41,258 nt of DNA from an uncultured Candidatus Saccharibacteria bacterium. GTDB lineage: Bacteria; Patescibacteriota; Saccharimonadia; Saccharimonadales; Saccharimonadaceae. The DNA is taken from positions 1-41,258 of the forward strand of contig CALICZ010000127.1 in NCBI GenBank assembly GCA_938049075.1, read 5' to 3'. Every line of letters starts with the position of its first letter. Within the stretch, counting starts at the first letter, position 1. Of the stretch, positions 7,682-15,236 are shown one piece after another. Both the position numbers and the translations under genes were made by a program. The notes beneath the pieces were generated by a model. The model was given only the letters and a program-made list of their open reading frames with translations, did not search any database and was not told where the DNA came from.

Positions 7682-8536
7682 ATGGGATTTCTAAAAGAGG
7701 TACAAGCATTAAGCTCATACCATAAGGCAGCAGAGAATCAGCGTCACACATTCGGTGTTACCGACCTCTATCGTGCCGACATCAACAGCGCAAAGGGGTG
7801 TGGCCTCAATGAGTACATCGGTGGTGGCTATGGCCGCCCTGGTAATTACGAGATTGTTATTCTCTTTGGTGACACTGGTATTGGTAAGTCAACAGTGGCC
7901 CTGAACATGCTGTGCGACCCAATTCTCAAGGGTGCAAAGATTGGCATGATGATCCTTGAGGACGAGGGCGCTGATGTCTACCTCCGTATGGAGGCAGCAC
8001 TGGGTAAAACCAACTTCGCCGAGTACGTGCTCAAGCGTGGTGCTGACATTCAGATTGCCACAGATAAGGAGCTTGGCCGGGGTGAGTGGACGCTTGAGGG
8101 TGCACTGGAGTACCTGGAGTGGATGTTCCTAGAGCGTGACCGGGACGTTGTACTACTCGACCACCTCCAATTCCTCTTTGAGACGGTAAGTATCGGCCAG
8201 GAGGGTGAGTGGCGGTCACAGCAGGTGTTTATGCGTAAGTTGAACCAGCTCATCAAGGACGTCAAAAAGACTGTCATCTTGGTGTCTCACACCAACAAGG
8301 GTGACAGTAGGGGCTCAAGCCGTATCCGTGGCTCAAGCAGTATCGCAGCGGCAGCAAGTAAGATCCTCGAGGTACAAGAGAATGAAAATTCTTGTACGCC
8401 TGGTGCTATCACGATCACAATGCGCAAGTCGCGCTTTACCGCTCGCCCCAACTATGGCTACAACATGGTACTACGTAAAGGAAAGATGATCCCCGCTGCC
8501 AGTGATGTCGGAGTATCAGACCCCTTCGGCGTCTAG
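7682..8536 (+). CDS. DnaB/T7 gp4-like replicative helicase (RecA-fold domain only)
   Basis: GDTGIGKS Walker A, ILED, VVLLDHLQ Walker B, LVSH, IRGSSSI and KSRF. Confidence 0.88.
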   Translation: MGFLKEVQALSSYHKAAENQRHTFGVTDLYRADINSAKGCGLNEYIGGGYGRPGNYEIVILFGDTGIGKSTVALNMLCDPILKGAKIGMMILEDEGADVYLRMEAALGKTNFAEYVLKRGADIQIATDKELGRGEWTLEGALEYLEWMFLERDRDVVLLDHLQFLFETVSIGQEGEWRSQQVFMRKLNQLIKDVKKTVILVSHTNKGDSRGSSRIRGSSSIAAAASKILEVQENENSCTPGAITITMRKSRFTARPNYGYNMVLRKGKMIPAASDVGVSDPFGV

Positions 8537-9773
8537 TATTGAGCGTTGGCTTGATGAGCACTATCTCAAGCACAGGAGGTACGGCAATACCATCGTGTCC
8601 CAGTGCCCAAACCCAGACCACGCCGACAATGAGCCAAGCGCAAAGATTTTTCTGGACAATGGGTTTGTAAGTTGCTTCGCAGGTTGTGGCAGATTCCACA
8701 TCTGCAAGTACGCGGAGGAACTACGCACAAAACACCCCGCAGGAGGCTACCAGAAGCCGTACAATCGCGATTACAAGCCAAGATGGGAAAACACCCACGA
8801 TCAGGACAAAGACGCAGCACAAAGCCCCTCAGTAGGCAATAACAACATGAACAGTGGTAAGATAGCTATCGAGCAGCAGAAAATGATGAATACGTGGAAG
8901 TCTCTCCCAGAGATTCCTGCTGATCATACGCTGCACAAAGTCTCAGCCTCCACCCTCAATGAGCTAGGGTGGCGGTATGATGCGGTACACAAGCGGTACT
9001 TTATCCCGTACTGGAATAGCGACCGTAGCAAGATCTTATTTGCCCAGTGGCGTAATCTCACTGGTAAAGTGCGCTTTAATTTCTGGCCTGGTGTCCCTAT
9101 TCGTCTATATGGACAGTGGAATATCACACCAGACACAGACAAGATTTTGATTTGTGAGGGCTCTAGTGACTTTGCCGTCCTCACAGAGCTTGGTATGCCA
9201 GTAATTGCCACACCATCGGCATCACAGGACAAGCTGATCAAGCAATTCGCAGAGTACTGCAAGGATAATGGCATCACTATCTACTTCGCTGGTGACAATG
9301 ACAGGGCTGGTGAGAAGGTGGCCGAGTCCATCAGCAAGGTTTACTATTACTCAGACCTTAGGCCTGATGACAGTGAAGGCGTCAAGGACTGGGGTGAATG
9401 GTACGAACGGGGCGACACTGAACAGGAGATGCTCGACTATTTGCTCATGAAGTTTGATCCTGAAACGTATTTTGATACCTACGAAGAGCCAAAACTTATC
9501 CAGACTATCGCACCACCCAAGCCCATTACTCCTGAAGTCCCGAAGCCACCAATCATGGAGGCTATCGAGCAGACACCAGAAGCAGAGGTGGTTGAGAAGC
9601 CAAAGCCTGTGATACCGACAGCTGATCAAAAAAGTAAGATCCTGGAATTATTCCCAGGATCTATGGAGATTAGCGTTGTCGGTGGAGGAAAGGAGCAAAA
9701 CTCCCCGACATCAAGCATTATACAGCAAAGTGGGGGTTTACAAAAGCCTTCTGGTTTGATATCATCAGGGTAA
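8502..9773 (+). CDS. DNA primase (Zn-finger + TOPRIM) with Pro-rich C-terminal tail
   Basis: CPNPDH..EPS...CFAGC zinc finger; ICEGSSD, GDNDRAGE and KDWGE. Confidence 0.88.
   Translation: MMSEYQTPSASSIERWLDEHYLKHRRYGNTIVSQCPNPDHADNEPSAKIFLDNGFVSCFAGCGRFHICKYAEELRTKHPAGGYQKPYNRDYKPRWENTHDQDKDAAQSPSVGNNNMNSGKIAIEQQKMMNTWKSLPEIPADHTLHKVSASTLNELGWRYDAVHKRYFIPYWNSDRSKILFAQWRNLTGKVRFNFWPGVPIRLYGQWNITPDTDKILICEGSSDFAVLTELGMPVIATPSASQDKLIKQFAEYCKDNGITIYFAGDNDRAGEKVAESISKVYYYSDLRPDDSEGVKDWGEWYERGDTEQEMLDYLLMKFDPETYFDTYEEPKLIQTIAPPKPITPEVPKPPIMEAIEQTPEAEVVEKPKPVIPTADQKSKILELFPGSMEISVVGGGKEQNSPTSSIIQQSGGLQKPSGLISSG
9737..9765 (+). promoter_or_regulatory. Sigma70-type promoter
   Basis: GGGGG-TTTACA-17 bp-(TGA)TATCAT. 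Confidence 0.6.
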
Positions 9774-9797
9774 CATAAGTTAAAAGAGAGGAGCTAA

Positions 9798-10109
9798 ATG
9801 CCTAAGAGAGAAGAAATCACGGACATCATCGACAAGCAAGCGTATGATGATCCAAAATTTAAGCGAGGCTTGGTACTCAGGTTTGCCAACGCAACGCTCA
9901 AGATCACACGAGTTGATCGTAAGAATAAACGAACCTGGGCCGAACACTGGGAACTTTACCTAGCAGAGGCAGCAGTAAGCCACTACGGACACATGCTAGA
10001 ACGCCGTGAGGATGGCAAGAGCTGGTGCAAAGACTGCGATCTAGAGATCTCAGAGATGGCGACAAAAGAAGGTGAACGAAAGGCAGCAGAACGAAATGCA
10101 AGCAAGTAA
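9798..10109 (+). CDS. Hypothetical protein (H..CxxC, possible Zn site)
   Basis: GAGGAG RBS, 103 aa. Confidence 0.8.
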   Translation: MPKREEITDIIDKQAYDDPKFKRGLVLRFANATLKITRVDRKNKRTWAEHWELYLAEAAVSHYGHMLERREDGKSWCKDCDLEISEMATKEGERKAAERNASK

Positions 10110-10332
10110 TCTACAATCATGGAGCTGGCAAGCCCTGTTTAGCACATTTAAAGCATATCACACTATCGCATTGAACTATCAGAAGGTGTTTGACATGGTG
10201 GCCGCTCAGCCAGAGCTTGGCTACAACGAGATGAAGCGCCTCATTATCTCTGGTGACCTAGCTATCGCTAACTCGATGGCTTGCTGGAATGAGATGGAGC
10301 GTCGCCGTAAAATGGTAGGATTTTGTGGCTAA
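10096..10332 (+). CDS. Hypothetical protein
   Basis: Overlaps the previous gene's end and fills the gap before the next promoter. Confidence 0.65.
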   Translation: MQASNLQSWSWQALFSTFKAYHTIALNYQKVFDMVAAQPELGYNEMKRLIISGDLAIANSMACWNEMERRRKMVGFCG

Positions 10333-10338
10333 AAGGGG

Positions 10339-10367
10339 TTGACTTTCTCAATCTCTCTCTATACAAT
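10339..10367 (+). promoter_or_regulatory. Promoter of the TROVE-like gene
   Basis: AAAAGGGG-TTGACT-17 bp-TACAAT. Confidence 0.8.
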
Positions 10368-10397
10368 AGAGACATAACAGAAAAGGAGTTATACAAA

Positions 10398-11135
10398 ATG
10401 GATTTAAAAGGTACTGTGTTTGAGGATTGGTGGGAAGCACTACCGGCTCTCAAGAGCACACCGATCCTCATCAATGAGATCGTCGATGAGGCGTGGGAGA
10501 AGGACAAAGAGCTAACAATGCGCTTCCTGTTTTTTACCCGAGACATCAAGGAAGGTGTGGGGGCGCGAGAAGCGTTTCGTATCGGCTGGGGAAAGCTCTC
10601 TCAGATCGCACCAGAGTCAGCCATCAAGAACATTGAGCTTGTGCCAGAGTATGGTCGGTGGGATGATCTCTGGCATAGCGACACACACCCGTTAGTTCTC
10701 ATCAACATGGCAGAGTTTATCAGCAAGAAGCTTGAGGATGAACTAGCTGGTGGTGAGGTTTCTACCCTAGCCAAGTGGCTGCCGTCAGAAAATGCAAGCT
10801 CAGTGGAGACACGAGAAATGGCCCGCACTATGATGAGGCTTCTCCGCATGACGCCACGAGACTACCGTAAAGCTCTGTCAAAGCTACGTGCCAAGGCTGA
10901 TCTCCTGGAGTCCAAAATGTCCGCCCGCGAGTGGCACGACATAGACTACAGTGAAGTACCATCAGTAGCAATGAGCCGCTACAATAAGGCTTTCCGCAAG
11001 CACGACAAACATCGCTACTCATCATACTGGAAGAAAGCCTCCAAGTACCAGCAAAGCAGGCATAAAATGATAGAAAACTTTGAAAAAGGGGTAGACTTTA
11101 TCAAAGGAGAGCGCTATAATAGAGTAAAGGTGTAA
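10398..11135 (+). CDS. TROVE/Ro60-like RNA-binding protein (DUF2828-type), lacking the vWA domain
   Basis: LFFTRDIKEGVGAREAFR, VPEYGRWDDL, LAKWLPSENASS, YRKALSKLR and IDYSEVPSVAMSRYNKAFRKHD. Start reassigned to ATG 10398 (AAGGAG RBS), giving 245 aa. Confidence 0.88.
   Translation: MDLKGTVFEDWWEALPALKSTPILINEIVDEAWEKDKELTMRFLFFTRDIKEGVGAREAFRIGWGKLSQIAPESAIKNIELVPEYGRWDDLWHSDTHPLVLINMAEFISKKLEDELAGGEVSTLAKWLPSENASSVETREMARTMMRLLRMTPRDYRKALSKLRAKADLLESKMSAREWHDIDYSEVPSVAMSRYNKAFRKHDKHRYSSYWKKASKYQQSRHKMIENFEKGVDFIKGERYNRVKV
11092..11120 (+). promoter_or_regulatory. Promoter embedded in the TROVE gene 3' end, driving the RNA array
   Basis: AAAAAGGGG-TAGACT-17 bp-TATAAT. Confidence 0.75.
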
Positions 11136-11143
11136 AAACCTTA

Positions 11144-11199
11144 GAGCAGATCCAGCACAGCACAATTTTGTCTCTCTCAAATATTAACCACAGCTGCTC
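11144..11199 (+). ncRNA. Y-RNA-like unit 1
   Basis: GAGCAG/CTGCTC closing stem; ATC-CAGC follows the 5' arm. Confidence 0.55.
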
Positions 11200-11225
11200 A
11201 GAGATCATTAACAATTTAGATTTTT

Positions 11226-11367
11226 TAGACCCGTGCATCACTAAAGATTTACGAATCTTAATCCACGTAGTTAGTAAGCTTTTCAGTCTATTCTTTCAAG
11301 TTTACAGTTTTTCATCTTGGTTACCCTCCGGACGAAAAACCCCATTTTTTCTTCAATTCTGGGTCTA
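11226..11367 (+). ncRNA. Y-RNA-like unit 2
   Basis: TAGACCC/GGGTCTA closing stem; GTG-CATC follows the 5' arm; internal AAGATT-TACG-AATCTT hairpin. Confidence 0.6.
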
Positions 11368-11384
11368 GTTTATGTTAGTTTCTT

Positions 11385-11494
11385 AAGACGCACACAGCTC
11401 GTAAATAGTCACACTTGGCTAGTGACTGTATCAACTTGCGTAATATGTACTTAACGTATATATACCCCCTGTATATAACCAACCAGAGCGTCTT
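11385..11494 (+). ncRNA. Y-RNA-like unit 3
   Basis: AAGACGC/GCGTCTT closing stem; ACA-CAGC follows the 5' arm; internal AGTCAC/GTGACT and TATATAC/GTATATA hairpins. Confidence 0.6.
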
Positions 11495-11530
11495 GTTTTA
11501 AGTAAGTTTATTAAAAATAAGGAGAGTAAT

Positions 11531-12163
11531 ATGATTACAATTACTGCATCATCTTCTGGTGGTGACTATGAAGTCGCACCAGCGGGTGTATTTTTGGCTC
11601 GGTGCTACCAAATGGTAGACATCGGTACACACACATTCAACTTTATGGGTAAGGACAGAGACCTGCGCAAGGTGTACTTGTTCTGGGAGCTTCTCAAAGA
11701 CTCCAATGGCCAGCCAGTAGATGGCACACCAACAGTCATGGGTAGCTACACTTTGTCGATGAATAAGAAATCAAAGCTTCGCCCGCTTCTCGAGCAGTGG
11801 CGTGGTAAGCCTTTCACTGATCAAGAAGCTTCTCAGTTCAACCTGACGACCTTGCTCGACAAATATTGTACCGTCCAAATTGTTCACACAGAGAGTGGCG
11901 ATCGCACATACGCGAACGTCAACACTATTATGGCGACACAAGATAAAGCGCCTGGTGTCCGCCCGGTGGTAGCTTTCTCGGTGAGCGATCCAGACGGGGC
12001 TGTCCTTGGCGAACTTCCTGAATGGCTACAGAAGAAGATTGAAGCCAGCCAGGAATATCAAAAGATGATGGCCGAAGGTGAAGCACCACAAGTCGAGGCT
12101 GTGCAAGCAGCAGCAGCGCAAACTAATAATAACGACGTTAATCTGGCAGACCTGCCATTCTAG
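11531..12163 (+). CDS. Phage single-stranded DNA-binding-like protein (NGO0469-like)
   Basis: ARCYQMVDIGTH...YTLSMNKKSKLR..LEQWRGKPFT...TYANV; acidic DLPF C-terminus. Confidence 0.75.
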   Translation: MITITASSSGGDYEVAPAGVFLARCYQMVDIGTHTFNFMGKDRDLRKVYLFWELLKDSNGQPVDGTPTVMGSYTLSMNKKSKLRPLLEQWRGKPFTDQEASQFNLTTLLDKYCTVQIVHTESGDRTYANVNTIMATQDKAPGVRPVVAFSVSDPDGAVLGELPEWLQKKIEASQEYQKMMAEGEAPQVEAVQAAAAQTNNNDVNLADLPF

Positions 12164-12172
12164 GAGAACGCA

Positions 12173-12361
12173 ATGGGTTACTCACACATCAACAAAAAAG
12201 GTAAGCGTTACTACCTCAACGTACGGTACGTACAACTTAAAAACTCGGACAAGAAGACTCCAATTTACTTCTTCTCACGTGATCAACGCGATACTAACTG
12301 TCCTCTGCCTGAAGGCTACAAGGTATCGGAGTACCGTTTCCTAACTCTTAAGAAGGCCTAA
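12173..12361 (+). CDS. Small basic conserved hypothetical protein
   Basis: AGGAG RBS. YSHINKKGKRYYL...IYFFS...LPEGY, a type I recall from CPR/archaeal genomes. Confidence 0.75.
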   Translation: MGYSHINKKGKRYYLNVRYVQLKNSDKKTPIYFFSRDQRDTNCPLPEGYKVSEYRFLTLKKA

Positions 12362-12363
12362 CG

Positions 12364-12672
12364 GTGGCCAGACGAGACAGCTTGGAGGGGGTAGGACATA
12401 TCCCCTCCGCCTATAGCAAGGCGAAAAAGAACGCCGCTAAAACTACAAAGGAGAGACATGGATCAGATTTCTACAAGAGAATTGGTCGCATGGGTGGTCG
12501 CACTAGGGGGCGTGGGTATTTTGGTTACCTCAAAGATACGAACCCTGAACTACTCAAAGAAATCTCAAAGCGAGCCGGTGAAAAAGGAAGACGTGCCAGC
12601 GGAGAGCTTAGAGAGTTTAAGCGAGCTATTGCCAAAAGCCTTGCCGAAGATCAAGACCGGGGTCAAGGGTAA
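12364..12672 (+). CDS. KGG/Con-10-motif (general stress) protein
   Basis: HGSDFYKRIGRMGG and LKEISKRAGEKG motifs. Confidence 0.7.
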   Translation: MARRDSLEGVGHIPSAYSKAKKNAAKTTKERHGSDFYKRIGRMGGRTRGRGYFGYLKDTNPELLKEISKRAGEKGRRASGELREFKRAIAKSLAEDQDRGQG

Positions 12673-12977
12673 TGCTCAGATCAAAGCCCTTGCAAAAGCG
12701 CTCAAGTTTGAGGCGCTCCCCATTAAGAAAAGTGGGGCGAAAGCAGGAGCAGTGGCGCGAATTTCGAAACAAAAAGGCAGCAAGGGATAGAGATTCAAAT
12801 GGACTTCTCTGGTGTCAATGTGAAAAGCTTGGCTTTGAGCCATGCCACAGGGCATCAGAGAACCTGGATCTCCATCATATTATCAGTAGGAACGCGAGGC
12901 CGGACTTGTATTACACAGAAAGTAATCTTGTCTGGCTCTCGCGTTCTTGTCATATGAAGGCACATAAACAACTATGA
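12672..12977 (+). CDS. HNH endonuclease
   Basis: C..C, LHHIISR...NLVWLSRSCHMKAH. Confidence 0.85.
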   Translation: MLRSKPLQKRSSLRRSPLRKVGRKQEQWREFRNKKAARDRDSNGLLWCQCEKLGFEPCHRASENLDLHHIISRNARPDLYYTESNLVWLSRSCHMKAHKQL

Positions 12978-13378
12978 AAAGCGTTAAAGTATTGGTATTA
13001 CCTGGTGTCGTACCATCCAAGAAGAATGGACGAGCCAACACTAGGACGGGGCGTAGCTTCCCCAATAAAAAGTTTATAGCGTGGGAGAAAGGCGTCAGGC
13101 AGTATGTCAAAGACGAAGGTTTCACTCGCGTGAAACACTACCCATGTCGCATGCAATTCACGTTCTATTATCCCGACCACGTGCGCAGAGACATGGACAA
13201 TGCCATCTCCTCCATCCTTGATGCCCTGCAGCCCAAGAAGGCCCTTGTGGACGGCAGGAGAGTGACAGTAGACGAAGGGCTCATTGATGACGACGCATGG
13301 CGTTACGTGTCAGAGATTAGCGCTAAAGGTTATCTTGATAAAGACCGTCCACGAGCAATCGTGGAGATTTTCGAATAA
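12974..13378 (+). CDS. rusA: RusA-family Holliday junction resolvase
   Basis: PSKKN, RRDMDN..SSILDAL and DDD motifs. Confidence 0.88.
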   Translation: MKSVKVLVLPGVVPSKKNGRANTRTGRSFPNKKFIAWEKGVRQYVKDEGFTRVKHYPCRMQFTFYYPDHVRRDMDNAISSILDALQPKKALVDGRRVTVDEGLIDDDAWRYVSEISAKGYLDKDRPRAIVEIFE

Positions 13379-13383
13379 AGGGG

Positions 13384-13412
13384 TTGACTCTCTTATTAAA
13401 AGGGAGTAAGAT
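13384..13412 (+). promoter_or_regulatory. Sigma70-type promoter
   Basis: AAAGGGG-TTGACT-17 bp-TAAGAT. Confidence 0.7.
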
Positions 13413-13444
13413 GAGAGTATAAAGATAACGAAAGGAGAGACGCA

Positions 13445-13549
13445 CTGATCACAAAAGAGCAAATACTACAGTACCAAGCCATGAATGTACAGGCTAACGG
13501 TACTACAGAATTATTAGAAGAATTAAATGAAGGGATAGCGTATGAGTAG
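13445..13549 (+). CDS. Possible 34-aa ORF with CTG start
   Basis: AAGGAG 7 nt upstream of CTG; the stop overlaps the next gene. Confidence 0.35.
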   Translation: MITKEQILQYQAMNVQANGTTELLEELNEGIAYE

Positions 13550-13733
13550 TGAAGACTACAATGTCGATTCAGCAGTAGCTGATCTCGCTGATGCCCAGGA
13601 CTGGCTAGCCAAGGAGTTATCAGACCCGGACAACGATCATCGTGAGAAGCTGGCAAAAGCAATCATACTGATCGGTGACGCGATCAACATCATAGTAGAT
13701 TATGACGAACGGAGAGGTTCGTATGGTGGGTGA
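13542..13733 (+). CDS. Hypothetical protein
   Basis: 63 aa, in an operon of overlapping small ORFs. Confidence 0.7.
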   Translation: MSSEDYNVDSAVADLADAQDWLAKELSDPDNDHREKLAKAIILIGDAINIIVDYDERRGSYGG

Positions 13734-13845
13734 GGATGAGAAAACCCGGGAGATGGTGGACGCCATAGTCAAGAGCGGGGACACTGTTCAGAATATTCTC
13801 ATCAGACTACAGAAACTAGCAGAGGAGTATCACATTGGAAAGTAA
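13723..13845 (+). CDS. Small hypothetical protein, 40 aa
   Basis: GAGAGG RBS; MVGEDEKTREMVDAIVK... overlaps both neighbours. Confidence 0.6.
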   Translation: MVGEDEKTREMVDAIVKSGDTVQNILIRLQKLAEEYHIGK

Positions 13846-14113
13846 ATTAGCATACATTCTAAACAGCGACATGTCGGAGAAGGAAGTAATAAAAGCCCTA
13901 ATCGACATGCTGCAAGAGGCGATGGTCTATGACGTCAGAGAAGTGCGAGATGCGTTCAAGTCGGTGTATGATTCCTCTATGATGTATGAGTCTGTTGCCG
14001 AGCGTCGCCCAGAGGATGCACTCAAAGATATCAGGGAGCATCTCCTGGAGACTATCAATAACGTTGATGAGGTCATCGACAACTATATTAAAAAGAATAA
14101 TCTAAAGGTGTAA
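13835..14113 (+). CDS. Hypothetical protein
   Basis: GAGGAG RBS with TTG start. Confidence 0.75.
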   Translation: MESKLAYILNSDMSEKEVIKALIDMLQEAMVYDVREVRDAFKSVYDSSMMYESVAERRPEDALKDIREHLLETINNVDEVIDNYIKKNNLKV

Positions 14114-14116
14114 GAA

Positions 14117-14329
14117 ATGAAGCAACAAATCCTAGAAATTCTAGATAAATCAACTAACAACGGTATGAAGGCTGAGGAAATCATGGAGATGTTCGAGAAT
14201 CGGGCAGGTGATGTGGCAGCCAAGTGGATGGACATCCTTGAGGACGAGGAGATGACGGCAGATGATGTATTGCATCGCGTCATCCACGATATGACATGTA
14301 GCCAGCAGGTGTTTGACTATGGAGAATAA
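14117..14329 (+). CDS. Hypothetical acidic protein
   Basis: 70 aa, operon context. Confidence 0.75.
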   Translation: MKQQILEILDKSTNNGMKAEEIMEMFENRAGDVAAKWMDILEDEEMTADDVLHRVIHDMTCSQQVFDYGE

Positions 14330-14582
14330 ATGGCGAGGCAGCGCACTATGTGCGCAGACAGACCCGGAAGTTTTCTTTCCACAAAACAAAGCGTATGTGG
14401 ATGACTACAACGGGTACGACAACTACAACGCAGCACGTAAGATTTGTGCAGAGTGTCCAGTTAAAGGCGAGTGCCTAGCCGATGCGCTGATGACTGGAGA
14501 CGTAGAATACGGCATGCGAGGTGGGCTAACGCCGCGTGAGCGCATGGGCATCTTAGCAACAAAGGTTGCGATGTATGAGTAA
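14319..14582 (+). CDS. whiB: WhiB-family Fe-S transcription regulator
   Basis: WRGSALCAQTDPEVFFP...ARKICAECPVKGECLADAL...YGMRGGLTPRER, with four Cys. Confidence 0.93.
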   Translation: MENKWRGSALCAQTDPEVFFPQNKAYVDDYNGYDNYNAARKICAECPVKGECLADALMTGDVEYGMRGGLTPRERMGILATKVAMYE

Positions 14583-14787
14583 GGCAAGATACGCGGCAAA
14601 GCTGCTGCTAGTCTTATTCTCGCCAATCATATTGGTAGTAGCGGCAAAGGCAATGTATACCGTTTGTATGTGGGTGCTGACTAGTATTGTGCCCTCGCAA
14701 GAATCTCAGTACTTCGCACTGCTACTGACAACAATATCATTCACCATTGTCGGAGTCTACGTTTTTTGTGAATGGCTAGAACCGTAA
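14575..14787 (+). CDS. Two-TM membrane protein
   Basis: Two long hydrophobic segments. Confidence 0.7.
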   Translation: MSKARYAAKLLLVLFSPIILVVAAKAMYTVCMWVLTSIVPSQESQYFALLLTTISFTIVGVYVFCEWLEP

Positions 14788-14817
14788 AAGATGAGAGTAT
14801 AGAAAGAAAGGATCGAT

Positions 14818-15003
14818 ATGTTACTAACCAAATACAAAATTCAAGATATGATCGAAAAGGTGGAGCTTGACATCAATGATGTGATGCACGGCCTAGAGAA
14901 GTCTGATGAGGCGCAGGAGTGGGACAACTCACATGCCTTTGTCGCCGGCTACGTAGAGCAGCGCGTCAAAGACGCCATCATCGATCAACTAGGCAGGATG
15001 TGA
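14818..15003 (+). CDS. Hypothetical protein
   Basis: AAGGA RBS, 61 aa. Confidence 0.75.
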   Translation: MLLTKYKIQDMIEKVELDINDVMHGLEKSDEAQEWDNSHAFVAGYVEQRVKDAIIDQLGRM

Positions 15004-15236
15004 TGGATGTAGAGTCAGAATACTATGCCGCCCAACGGGACGTCGTCAACAAGATACTAGAGGCCGGATTGTTTGATGAGCATACTATTGAGGACATTAC
15101 GGCAAACGCAATGCTACGTCGTATTGCAAGGACAGATAAGAGTTTCGCCTCCGTACTAGTTGCCTACCTGAGTGGTCGTGTTGATAAAGACAAATTACAA
15201 GCAATAATAAACGAAAGGTTAAAGAATGAGCAATAA
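15003..15236 (+). CDS. Hypothetical protein
   Basis: TGATG coupling with the upstream stop; start reassigned from 14919. Confidence 0.7.
   Translation: MDVESEYYAAQRDVVNKILEAGLFDEHTIEDITANAMLRRIARTDKSFASVLVAYLSGRVDKDKLQAIINERLKNEQ

Noticed and set aside
10323..10397. N-terminal extension of the TROVE ORF in the track
   Set aside because: It overlaps the promoter; ATG 10398 has the RBS.
11166..11175. Unit 1 loop targeting the RBS of ORF 957 (GAGACAAAA)
   Set aside because: A 9-10 nt complement is expected by chance in a 41-kb genome.
11168..11368. 66-aa ORF over the RNA array
   Set aside because: TTG start, no RBS, and a Phe/Ser-rich sequence that simply reflects pyrimidine tracts.
11144..11494. 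tRNA genes or canonical YrlA
   Set aside because: No cloverleaf, T-loop GTTC(G/A)A or CCA end is visible.
12458..12790. 110-aa alternative-frame ORF
   Set aside because: It overlaps the KGG and HNH genes, which have recognisable motifs, and has none itself.
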